Of a DNA stretch of 64,000 nt, positions 28,844-38,228 are shown one piece after another. Under the pieces are notes generated by a model, which saw only the letters and a list, made by a program, of their open reading frames with translations, made no database searches and was not told where the DNA came from. The translations under genes were made by a program, and so were the position numbers. Position 1 is the first letter of the stretch. Every line of letters starts with the position of its first letter. The DNA is taken from positions 2,229-66,228 of the forward strand of contig CAJBYM010000109.1 of the NCBI GenBank assembly GCA_903959815.1. The letters run 5' to 3'. The DNA is from Candidatus Omnitrophota bacterium. GTDB taxonomy: Bacteria > Omnitrophota > Gorgyraeia > Zapsychrales > Fredricksoniimonadaceae.

Positions 28844-29913
28844 GGGAGGACAACGCCAATACCCGCGCGTGCACGCGAGAGGTCAAAACATCCTTTCTCA
28901 TCCAGATACGGAGACTTAGCCAGCGGGCCTTTTAGAAAATAGGTCGTATCAAGATCAATGTACTTAAAACATCCCAGTCCCGCCGCCATATGCGCCGAGG
29001 CCGTAACCGCCAAAGCACTTTCCATCATCGCACCGATCATAAGTTCCATCCCTGCCGCCCGCGCCAGACGTGCGATCGCTTCACCTTCCAGCAAACCGCT
29101 TTTCATGGTCTTAACATTGATGGCCGTGACCGCGCGCTCACGCACGGCCCGCACAGTATCGGCCAAAGAACCCACACTCTCGTCGGCACAAACCAAAATC
29201 CCGGACTTGTGAACAGCGCGCGTCACACATTTCAAGCCATCCCAGTCATTCTTGGGAACCGGCTGCTCCACAAGAAGCGGTACAACTTTATTCTTCTTAA
29301 GTTCTTTGAGAAACTTAAGCATCCCGGAAGCAGTAAAACCCTGGTTGGCATCGATCACCATATTCACCCGTGGTGCCGCTTTTCTCACCGCCAGAACACG
29401 CGCCAGATCCAGATCATGATCCTGACCGACCTTCACCTTAAACGTCTTAAATCCCCGACGGGAATAAGCCAGAGCTGACGTTTCAGCCTCTTGCAGGGAT
29501 CCGATGACAATGGTAATGTCCGAGCGCAAAGGAACGGGGCTATTTCCAAAAAGTTTCCATAAAGGGATCTTAAGTGTGCGCGTCCAGGCATCCAGCACCG
29601 CCATTTCCAATGCCGCAAGGCCCGCATGATTCTCGGCAAACTTCTCGCGAAAAGCTCCCAAGAAAGACCTGTGATCAGAAATGTCCTCACCAAGGCTGAC
29701 CGCCGCTGCTTCCTTCAAATTAGAAAAGGTCTTCTCGACAGTCTCCCCGGTGATATGGGTCGCCACAGCGGCTTCGCCCCAACCTTTAACACCGCTTTTA
29801 AGCGTCAAACTAACAAAAACATTCTTAAGCGTATTATGCTGCCCCGTCGCAATACGAAAAGGCGTCGAGAGCGGCGCTTCAACAATATTCACATCCATAT
29901 GTTCAATGATCAT
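28840..29913 (-). CDS. Dipeptide epimerase (enolase superfamily, YkfB/YcjG-like)
   Basis: KVK, DANQG, EQP, ADES, NVK..KSG, DLD. Confidence 0.9.
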   Translation of the reverse strand: MIIEHMDVNIVEAPLSTPFRIATGQHNTLKNVFVSLTLKSGVKGWGEAAVATHITGETVEKTFSNLKEAAAVSLGEDISDHRSFLGAFREKFAENHAGLAALEMAVLDAWTRTLKIPLWKLFGNSPVPLRSDITIVIGSLQEAETSALAYSRRGFKTFKVKVGQDHDLDLARVLAVRKAAPRVNMVIDANQGFTASGMLKFLKELKKNKVVPLLVEQPVPKNDWDGLKCVTRAVHKSGILVCADESVGSLADTVRAVRERAVTAINVKTMKSGLLEGEAIARLARAAGMELMIGAMMESALAVTASAHMAAGLGCFKYIDLDTTYFLKGPLAKSPYLDEKGCFDLSRARAGIGVVLP

Positions 29914-32117
29914 GCCTTGCTCCCTAAAGCCAGCTCACGCGCCAAACGCTTCACCGTTCCCAGATCTAGTTTACCACTACCTAAGACCGGGATCGCGTCG
30001 ATCCTGAAAAACATCTCAGATTCAGGGATCCATAAATTAGGCAACCCTTCTGCTTTAAGCGCTTCGCGCACCGACGAAATATCAACATCTTTCAATGTCA
30101 GCACAACAAGCTTCTCACCTTTTCTGTCATCCGGAACTGCCGCTACAAGGCACATCGGCTCGGTGGCCTGAACAGCTTTATGAATAGCCTCTTCAATGCG
30201 GATATGCGGGACCATTTCACCTGCGATCTTGCTGAAACGGTTGATGCGGTCCGTGATGGTCACAAACCCGTCATCATCCAAAAATGCGATATCCCCTGTC
30301 TTATACCAACCATCCACAAAAGCTTCTTTTGTTTTCTCGGATTCTTTAAAATAACCGCGCATAACGTTCTGCCCTTTGACAACAAGAAGCCCCTCTTCAT
30401 ACGGACCCAGTACGCGATAAGTTTCAGGATCAACAATCCTCACCGCAACACCAGGCAAAGGATTCCCGATGGTCCCGGGCTTATGCGCTTTTTGCAGAGT
30501 CCCCGAACTGCGATCATCCGGAAAATTCAAGCTGACAATGGGGGATAATTCCGTGCACCCATAACCCTCGAGCGGCATAAAACCAAATTTCTCCATACAA
30601 GCATCCGCAATCACGGCCTTAAGCTTTTCGGCACCAATGATCGTATAACGGATCGTTTTAAAATCACCCGGCTCACACCGCTTAATATAAGCGCTAAGGA
30701 ATGTCGGCGTCGCCATCATGAGGGTCGCCCGATGATTACGAACCATATCACCGACGACTTTCGCATCCAGTGGACTTGGATGATAGACCGCACGCATGGA
30801 ACTCGCCAAAGGCAACCATAAGACAGCCGCAAACCCGAATGAATGAAAAAATGGCAGGATCCCCATGAGCACATCACTAGAGCGGACTTTAAAGCCTTGG
30901 TGAAACCCCTCTAGATTCGCAATAATATTCGCATGCGAAAGCATCACTCCTTTGGGCTGTCCCGTGCTGCCGCTGGTAAAAACAACCGTGACCAGATCGT
31001 CAACACTGCGATACTTCCAGCTTCCGAAAACATAACGGTGTGCGAGAAAAGCAGGCATCAGGAAAACACAAGCCATGGCTTTACAGCGCTGCACAAAACT
31101 TATTTTATCCCAAAGTTCTTCAATAAAAACCCCCTCACACGGAGGCGTGGTCTGTAACTTCTCGAGAAAAGCGCGCGAGGTCACACACACCTTCATGCCG
31201 GTCTGTTCGACCGCACAACGCAGTGCTTCACGACCAGAACTGTAGTTCAAATTCACAACCGGCTTATGCAGGATCGCGACCGCGATATTGGTCACAGCCG
31301 ATGCAACCGACGTCGGTAAAAAAATCCCAACGAACTCCTGGCCACGTGTCAGCTTGGCCAATTGCCGGGATAAAGCATGGGCCACAACAAACGTTTGCCA
31401 GCGGTTAAGGTTCTTGCCGGTTGAATCCGCGATGCACGGTGCAAAAGGCCGCCGCATGACTTCATCAAAGAACAACTCCCCCAGCGTCATCTTTTCTTCC
31501 AAACGGTACCGGAATGCCTGCGCCCCAAGCTCCACGACCTTCTGGCGCACATCAAACACTTTTGTCGACGACAACATGGGCGAGCCAAACATGACGGTCA
31601 CAGGATGCCTCAGCTGACGCGGACGTTTGAAAAAATACTTCCCGCCTTCAAAACTCCAGATGCTGTGCCAGGTACGGTCCAGATATACGGGAATAATAGG
31701 TTCGGAAAGATCCCGCATGATATGTTCAAGCCCGCGATTAAAACGCAAGGTGTTGCCGGTGCGTGACAGCCCGCCCTCAGGGAACATGCATACGAGCTCA
31801 CCTTCTTTGATCACTTCACGGACCGCGGCAAATGTACGGATGATCGTTTTAGGCGGATCCTGGGGAGACAATGGAAAGGCTCCGGCCGCACGGCATAACG
31901 AGCGCAACCAGGGATTATTATAAACCTCACGGCTGGTGACAAACTTGACCGGACGATCAATGGAAGCGGCGAGAAAAAGAACATCAATGAATGACAAATG
32001 GTTCGCGACAATCAGCGCGCCACCAGAAGCAGGCACCAGGGAATGATCAATGATATGCAAGCGATAAAAGGTACGGACAACCCCTCGGGCCAACGACTGA
32101 ACAAAGGACATCCCCAC
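29910..32117 (-). CDS. aas: Aas-like acyltransferase / acyl-ACP synthetase fusion
   Basis: PlsC motifs NHLSFID, FPEG; AMP-binding FTSGSTGQPKG, EGYGCTE, YKTGD, RFSKIAGEMV. Confidence 0.88.
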   Translation of the reverse strand: MGMSFVQSLARGVVRTFYRLHIIDHSLVPASGGALIVANHLSFIDVLFLAASIDRPVKFVTSREVYNNPWLRSLCRAAGAFPLSPQDPPKTIIRTFAAVREVIKEGELVCMFPEGGLSRTGNTLRFNRGLEHIMRDLSEPIIPVYLDRTWHSIWSFEGGKYFFKRPRQLRHPVTVMFGSPMLSSTKVFDVRQKVVELGAQAFRYRLEEKMTLGELFFDEVMRRPFAPCIADSTGKNLNRWQTFVVAHALSRQLAKLTRGQEFVGIFLPTSVASAVTNIAVAILHKPVVNLNYSSGREALRCAVEQTGMKVCVTSRAFLEKLQTTPPCEGVFIEELWDKISFVQRCKAMACVFLMPAFLAHRYVFGSWKYRSVDDLVTVVFTSGSTGQPKGVMLSHANIIANLEGFHQGFKVRSSDVLMGILPFFHSFGFAAVLWLPLASSMRAVYHPSPLDAKVVGDMVRNHRATLMMATPTFLSAYIKRCEPGDFKTIRYTIIGAEKLKAVIADACMEKFGFMPLEGYGCTELSPIVSLNFPDDRSSGTLQKAHKPGTIGNPLPGVAVRIVDPETYRVLGPYEEGLLVVKGQNVMRGYFKESEKTKEAFVDGWYKTGDIAFLDDDGFVTITDRINRFSKIAGEMVPHIRIEEAIHKAVQATEPMCLVAAVPDDRKGEKLVVLTLKDVDISSVREALKAEGLPNLWIPESEMFFRIDAIPVLGSGKLDLGTVKRLARELALGSKA

Positions 32118-32122
32118 CTCGC

Positions 32123-33331
32123 TTACGCTTGTTCTTTTTTGACTCCGGATCCGCCGGGCCCATCCCGTAATAATTTAATATGAAAGACCGCACCTTCCCC
32201 GACCTGACTCACAGCGTTGATCGTTCCTTGATGCTTGGTAATAATGCCATGCACCACCGAAAGCCCAAGGCCAGTCCCCTGTCCCACAGATTTGGTCGTA
32301 AAGAAAGGGTCAAATATCTTGGAAATAACATCCGGCGCGATCCCTTGACCATTATCGCTGATCTCGATATGAACTTCTTTCCCATGGGGCCATGTCTTGA
32401 TCTTGATCGTTCCATTTGTTTCGATCGCCTGGGCCGCATTTGATAATAAGTTCATGAACACCTGCAACATTTGCTGTTCCCTGAAACATACCAGAGGAAG
32501 ATGCCCATACTCACGCACCAACTTGATCTTATATTTTAACTCTCCCGCCATGATATCGATCGCACGATCAATGCAAGCGTGCAAATCCCCGTATTCAAGA
32601 GTGCCTTCTGTGGGATGCGCAAAAACCTTCAGGTCCTGAACGATCTTCTTGATCCTCTGCGCACCCTGGGCTGTCTCGCAGATCAGGACCGGCAGATCTT
32701 CCATGATCTCGCCAAGTTTCTTACTCTGGTCCTGGGGTAATTCTTTGATCGTCGAAAGATACGGTGCAACAATGCGAAAACATTTTTGAACCTGACTTTG
32801 ATATTCCTGGAACATATCAAGATTGGAAATAATATACGCCGTAGGATTATTGATCTCGTGGGCTATGCCTGCGGCTAACTGGCCCAGGGACGCCATTTTT
32901 TCTGATTGGATCAACCGGCTCTGCAGGGCCACCAGTTTCTCATAGGCCGACCTGAGTTCCTCGGTCGTACGCTTGATATCCGTCATGTCACGGATAATAC
33001 CAACGATACATTGTTCCCCGGAAGGCCCCGTATAAATGGTTTTCTTTGTAATGATGACCCTGCGCGAACCGGTGCCATCTGTAAAGAACTCCTCGTTAAC
33101 ATTCTCTTGCCCGGTCTGGAAAACCTCTTCATCTTTCTGCCAAAAAACATCCGCTTCTTTTTTGGGAAAGAAATCATAATCCGATTTACCAATGAGCTTG
33201 GAACTTGGATGACCCATAAAATCACAAAACGCCTGGTTGAGCAGGATCCAGCGGTGCTTGCGGTCTTTTACAAAAAGAGGGTCTGCGACGGAATTAATGA
33301 TCTGTTTTAAATATTCAGATGTGTTTTCCAC
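32123..33331 (-). CDS. Soluble PAS-domain sensor histidine kinase
   Basis: PAS (FVKD..IGKSDYDFF), AHEINNP, NLLSNA, DNGQG, FFTTK..GTGLGL; probable GTG start at 33331. Confidence 0.9.
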   Translation of the reverse strand: MENTSEYLKQIINSVADPLFVKDRKHRWILLNQAFCDFMGHPSSKLIGKSDYDFFPKKEADVFWQKDEEVFQTGQENVNEEFFTDGTGSRRVIITKKTIYTGPSGEQCIVGIIRDMTDIKRTTEELRSAYEKLVALQSRLIQSEKMASLGQLAAGIAHEINNPTAYIISNLDMFQEYQSQVQKCFRIVAPYLSTIKELPQDQSKKLGEIMEDLPVLICETAQGAQRIKKIVQDLKVFAHPTEGTLEYGDLHACIDRAIDIMAGELKYKIKLVREYGHLPLVCFREQQMLQVFMNLLSNAAQAIETNGTIKIKTWPHGKEVHIEISDNGQGIAPDVISKIFDPFFTTKSVGQGTGLGLSVVHGIITKHQGTINAVSQVGEGAVFHIKLLRDGPGGSGVKKEQA

Positions 33332-33339
33332 TGCTTCCG

Positions 33340-33915
33340 TTACCGCCCTTTGGTGGGAACATGGCCCATGCATGCTTCGACAACAACACACTTTTCTTTC
33401 CAGAACGAGAATGCAACTTCCTGTTTCTTGAAAAGATTATAATCAAACTGCGCGCCTTCAAGAACCGCATTTTTATACTTATACGGAGCAGACAAGGTGA
33501 GGTCCGCAAGATCCAGCGCCAGAATTTGCTTCTTCAAATTCTCTGCGATCACCTGACACAAATCACCAACGACATCCAGACAGGCCTGTTCATTCTCAGA
33601 TTCACTGGCCGAACGACCAAAAGCCTTGAAAAGCCGCTCCACCAGATCTTCTTTAAAATACAAAATGAATGTCCCGACAGCATCTTTAGCCTCAAGGTGC
33701 TTCGGCGACAGATAATAATTAACGATCGCCACATAGGCCGGAGCATTGAACTTTTCCATAGGAAAAAGCCGCATCCTGCCGTCATATTCAATGATATCTT
33801 TCTCACCCGCAACAGGTTCGGCCGAAGGAGCGACATGACACATCTGTTTGAACGTGTCCTCAACGACGCTGATGATCATGGTGCTCAAAGCTTTATTGTC
33901 TAATTTGGTAGCCAT
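33340..33915 (-). CDS. CheX/CheC-like protein
   Basis: VEDTFKQM N-terminal helix, D.VGDLCQVIAENLK, LTLSAP: CheX-type layout with a variant motif. Confidence 0.6.
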   Translation of the reverse strand: MATKLDNKALSTMIISVVEDTFKQMCHVAPSAEPVAGEKDIIEYDGRMRLFPMEKFNAPAYVAIVNYYLSPKHLEAKDAVGTFILYFKEDLVERLFKAFGRSASESENEQACLDVVGDLCQVIAENLKKQILALDLADLTLSAPYKYKNAVLEGAQFDYNLFKKQEVAFSFWKEKCVVVEACMGHVPTKGR

Positions 33916-33985
33916 GTCGTCTATTCTACATAAACACGGCAAAAAGCTCCAGCAAAAGATGCAATTCAAAAGAACTTTAAGAAAT

Positions 33986-34010
33986 AAAAAGGGGCCAGAC
34001 GGCCCCTTTT
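33986..34010 (-). terminator. Intrinsic terminator after the porin gene
   Basis: AAAAAGGGGCC-AGAC-GGCCCCTTTT. Confidence 0.85.
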
Positions 34011-34034
34011 AAAACACCTTAACCTTAAACTCGA

Positions 34035-35366
34035 TCAAAACTTATAGATGACCGCCGACATGATACGGTTCGCGTCACCCTTGCTGCCATCAACCCACTC
34101 CGTCTTAAAATACTGATACTCAAGACCGACCTGCAATTCCTTGCTCAGGCTATATTTGATATTGGTATAGGTCGTCGTATTGTATTCGTAAACATTCGAC
34201 GCATCCGAAGTTGTGCCAACCCCCGGAGCAGCAACAGGATTAATAAACGCATCATCATTGACCATGTCAATCCCGGCCCCTAGGTTCATCTCGACTTTCT
34301 TGATCGGATTATACGTCAACTCTGCAAATCCGCCTTTAACACGAAAAGGCTTCTTATCCAAACCGCTTGCCAAATAAGAAGTCATGCCCAGCGTACTACC
34401 CCCCAAAAAGTCATCCAACTTGGCACCACTGAAGCCTTCGGCCTTGAACGCCAACCAATCAGTCATTTTGAGCGTCATGCCAAAAGCCACCGCCCATAAT
34501 GAATGATCCTGGTCACCCGACGCTTCGACTTCACCTAACAACCCACTCACACCAAATGTCGCGGGCATGCCCATGATCTTGGTCTCATAACCCGTATATG
34601 TGGCCAAGACAGGGACTCCTGAATTCTCATTGGTAACATCATCTGTATCCAAGATGCCGGTCTTGCTGGTCAATTTCCCGCCCCAGACATCGCCCCATTT
34701 GTTAACAATGTGAACCTGCGGATGGCGATAACCCACATTACCCTGCCCCCATAAAATATCCGGATTCAATATACTCGGATTGATCGGCGCGAAAATATCC
34801 CAATTCTGGCCCGCATTAACAGCCCATTTCGGATAATCCAGCTGCACATAGGCATGCCTTAAACGCGGCGTATACGTCGCAGTCTGCGAATTCGCAAAAT
34901 CTATTTCGATCTTGCCGCTGACCTTTCCCCCGTCCTCAAGGTCCGGCCCCTTAACATTAAATCCAAGGCGTGTATCATTCCCGGCCATCCCGAACTCACT
35001 CTGACTGCTACCATTTTCCTTGGGTGCGACTCTGGGCGCATTGCTACTGGCCATATCAGAATCCGCATAAGACCCCTGGGCCATGATAAAACCATACATC
35101 TCAACATCCAACTTGGTCTTCAAGAAATTCACTGCAGGTGTCGCCGCCGCAGGAGCAGCCGCAACCTGGGCAGTCGCCGCAGGCATTGCAGGTTTTTCCT
35201 TAAGCGCCATTACTTCTGCTTTTAAGGATGCATTCTCTCTTTCAAGAGCCTCAACACGCTTGAGGATATCATCGAGCGTAGCCTGGGCACATGCAGGCAA
35301 GGCAAACCCCACGGTACAAATGCCAACCATGATCAATGCCAGAAGCCTTTTCATGAGTTTCGCCAT
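34035..35366 (-). CDS. Outer-membrane beta-barrel, DcaP-like porin with N-terminal coiled coil
   Basis: Signal peptide, LKRVEALERENASLK, TRLGF, EIDF, PRLRHAY, GQNW, C-terminal YKF. Confidence 0.75.
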   Translation of the reverse strand: MAKLMKRLLALIMVGICTVGFALPACAQATLDDILKRVEALERENASLKAEVMALKEKPAMPAATAQVAAAPAAATPAVNFLKTKLDVEMYGFIMAQGSYADSDMASSNAPRVAPKENGSSQSEFGMAGNDTRLGFNVKGPDLEDGGKVSGKIEIDFANSQTATYTPRLRHAYVQLDYPKWAVNAGQNWDIFAPINPSILNPDILWGQGNVGYRHPQVHIVNKWGDVWGGKLTSKTGILDTDDVTNENSGVPVLATYTGYETKIMGMPATFGVSGLLGEVEASGDQDHSLWAVAFGMTLKMTDWLAFKAEGFSGAKLDDFLGGSTLGMTSYLASGLDKKPFRVKGGFAELTYNPIKKVEMNLGAGIDMVNDDAFINPVAAPGVGTTSDASNVYEYNTTTYTNIKYSLSKELQVGLEYQYFKTEWVDGSKGDANRIMSAVIYKF

Positions 35367-35383
35367 TCTTTCCTCCTTATTAT

Positions 35384-38119
35384 TTAAGAACCCCCATCCA
35401 CCGGCCGCTCCCCCTTAAGAAACGGCAACACATTGGCCGCAGGCATAGGCCGACTTAAGAAATATCCCTGAAAATAATCACAATTATTACCAATAAGTTT
35501 CTCAAGCTGGATCTGCGTTTCCACACCTTCCGCCACAACGCTTAAATTAAGCTTGTGCGCAAGATCAATGATCGCCGGGATCATGGCATTCTCATCCGTG
35601 TCCTTGGCGATCTCCTTGATAAAGAAACGGTCAATCTTAAGGTTCCCGATGGGCAGCCGCTGCAAATGGACCAGCGAAGAATAGCCCGTTCCAAAATCAT
35701 CGAGCGATACCTGAACTCCTAAAGCACGAATATTATTAAGCACCTCGATGGCGCTATCAAACGAATCGATCAACATACTTTCAGTCACTTCGATCTCAAG
35801 ACCCTCGGGAGGAAGCCCGCTGGCCTTAAGCGCCCCTTCTATGATCTGGACAATATTCTTGCGTCGTAATTGGGCCACAGAAATATTAACCGACATGACC
35901 ATGTCCTTGAACCCGGCATCCATGAGCATACGATGAAACCGGCATGCCTCGTAAAGAACCCACTCGCCAATAGGAATAATAAGGCCCGTGTCTTCCGCGA
36001 CAGGTATGAATTCATTCGGGAATATCAAACCGCCTTCGGCCCGAAACCAACGCAGCAAAGCCTCAAACCCTCTGACCTTACCGTCCTTCACACTCACAAT
36101 AGGCTGATAAAACAGGCAAAGCTCATTCTTAACCAAGGCTTCACGCAAACCACGCTCGATCTGCATTCTCGTAACAGCCTTCTGATTCATGGCATGATCA
36201 TAAAAACAATACATATTCCTTCCGGATTCTTTGGCCGCGTACATGGCCGTATCGGCATTCTTCAAAAGATCTTCCAATGTTTCTCCGTCATGCGGATAAG
36301 TCACAATGCCCACACTGGCTGTAATAAAAAGATCATTGCCCACCACAGAACGCGGGGCATTCAGTTTTTCACGGATACGTTCTGCAATATAACGCGCACC
36401 CTCGGCATCATCAAGATCATTGAGCAGAACAATGAACTCATCTCCCCCTAGGCGGGCCATGACATCGGTCTCACGCACACACTCCGCAAGCTTAGCAGCC
36501 GTATCCTTAAGAAGCGCATCACCGATAGAATGCCCTAGCGTATCGTTCACACTCTTGAAATGATCAAGATCAATAAAGAGGATCGCACATTGCAAATTGG
36601 CACGCTTCGCATGCGCCAAGCCCATATTCGCTTTATCCATAAATAAAGTACGATTAGGAAGCGCTGTGAGCGAATCATAGTGTGCCATGGTCAAAAGTTT
36701 GCTCTCCAAAAGCTTGCGATCTGTAATATCCCGCCCGATCCCCACAAGCCCGGAAACAGCACCATCCTGCCCTTTTAAAGGAATCTTGGATGTTAAAAGC
36801 CATCGCTTGACCCCCGTAGAATCTTCAATGATCTCTTCACGGTTGATGACCGGCCGCGCATGCCGCAGCACATTTTGATCGTCCTTGGCATATTCTTTCG
36901 CCAAATGACTGGGAAAAACTTCCGCATCTGTCTTACCCAGAATATCTGATTCATTCTGGACACCAATAAAATCCATATCCGTACGATTGGTCAGGATCTT
37001 TCGTCCTTCTTTATCCTTCACATAAACACTGTCCGGAATATTATCGACCAAGGTGCGCAAAAGATTATGTTCTTTCTCCAACGCCTGTTCAGCTACTCTA
37101 TGTTCCGTGATATCACGGATCGATTCGATCATGCCGATCACATGCCCTTCATGATCATAAAGCGGCGCCCCGACATTCCATATATACGCCCCCCGCCCAC
37201 CATAAAGTGCAGGCGCAAAAGCTTCCGCCGATAAACAACGACCCTTGCGTTCAAGCATCAAATATCTCGAAGGGATCTCGCCTTCCGGGCCATCGAGGAA
37301 ATCCAAGAGATAGGGCACCTTCTCACCATAAAAAGGCACCGATGCTTCCCGATGGCTTTGCCCCAGGATATCTTTCTTCGCCACACCTGTCATTTCTTCC
37401 ATAGCACGATTCCAGGCAATGATCTTTTTATCAGGATCAATGATGAATGTAGCATCCGGTAGAAATTCAATGATATCCTCAAGACGTCTGTTGGTCGCCT
37501 TAAGCTCTTCTTCATGCAGCAACAGGGCCGCCTCGACACGCTTACGCTCTGTGATATCGCGGGCGATGGAAAGGATCATTTCGTGTCCATCAAAATCAAC
37601 AATGCGGTTACTGATCTCAACGGGTATCCTGCGTCCGTCTTTAGCCAAATGCGCCCCTTCCCAGAGCACATTGCGCGTCGACTGAAGCGTGTTCATAACA
37701 GCGGCCACATCCACAAATGTTTGCGGATCATCAATATCCGTGGGACGCATCTTCAGAAATTCTGCACGCGTATATCCCAGGCGCGTACACGCGGCCTCAT
37801 TGACCTCAATAAAACGACCCGGCAATCCATCCGGCCCCGGGCCTTCATGAAGGAACACCGCTTCATTCATATGATTGAATAAAAGATATTCGCGTTTGTG
37901 ACTGTTCAAAATGAGCAGCATGGCGCGACGAACAAGGAGATAAAGCAGGCACGCTGTGATCAGGATAAAGACAATATGCGGCACAACATGGAACCCATCT
38001 TCAAGTTTCATGCCGGTCATCAGATCCGTCAATAAAAACCAGAAAAGACCAAAAGCCGCGTAGATAACAACGATCCTGAAAGGGATTATTTTAGATGCGG
38101 GCGAGGAAAATTTATCCAT
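35384..38119 (-). CDS. TM-PAS-PAS-PAS-GGDEF-EAL c-di-GMP enzyme
   Basis: Three PAS/PAC repeats (RDITE/D), RLGGDEF, FEALLRW, DDFGTGYSSL, EGVE. Confidence 0.95.
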   Translation of the reverse strand: MDKFSSPASKIIPFRIVVIYAAFGLFWFLLTDLMTGMKLEDGFHVVPHIVFILITACLLYLLVRRAMLLILNSHKREYLLFNHMNEAVFLHEGPGPDGLPGRFIEVNEAACTRLGYTRAEFLKMRPTDIDDPQTFVDVAAVMNTLQSTRNVLWEGAHLAKDGRRIPVEISNRIVDFDGHEMILSIARDITERKRVEAALLLHEEELKATNRRLEDIIEFLPDATFIIDPDKKIIAWNRAMEEMTGVAKKDILGQSHREASVPFYGEKVPYLLDFLDGPEGEIPSRYLMLERKGRCLSAEAFAPALYGGRGAYIWNVGAPLYDHEGHVIGMIESIRDITEHRVAEQALEKEHNLLRTLVDNIPDSVYVKDKEGRKILTNRTDMDFIGVQNESDILGKTDAEVFPSHLAKEYAKDDQNVLRHARPVINREEIIEDSTGVKRWLLTSKIPLKGQDGAVSGLVGIGRDITDRKLLESKLLTMAHYDSLTALPNRTLFMDKANMGLAHAKRANLQCAILFIDLDHFKSVNDTLGHSIGDALLKDTAAKLAECVRETDVMARLGGDEFIVLLNDLDDAEGARYIAERIREKLNAPRSVVGNDLFITASVGIVTYPHDGETLEDLLKNADTAMYAAKESGRNMYCFYDHAMNQKAVTRMQIERGLREALVKNELCLFYQPIVSVKDGKVRGFEALLRWFRAEGGLIFPNEFIPVAEDTGLIIPIGEWVLYEACRFHRMLMDAGFKDMVMSVNISVAQLRRKNIVQIIEGALKASGLPPEGLEIEVTESMLIDSFDSAIEVLNNIRALGVQVSLDDFGTGYSSLVHLQRLPIGNLKIDRFFIKEIAKDTDENAMIPAIIDLAHKLNLSVVAEGVETQIQLEKLIGNNCDYFQGYFLSRPMPAANVLPFLKGERPVDGGS

Positions 38120-38228
38120 TCATCAAGGCCTTTGATCAATTAATCTAAAGATGCCTTCTTAATTTGATAGTTATAATACGTGATTAATATAAAACGGGCA
38201 AGAGATTATACGGAGGAAAAAAGCCGGG

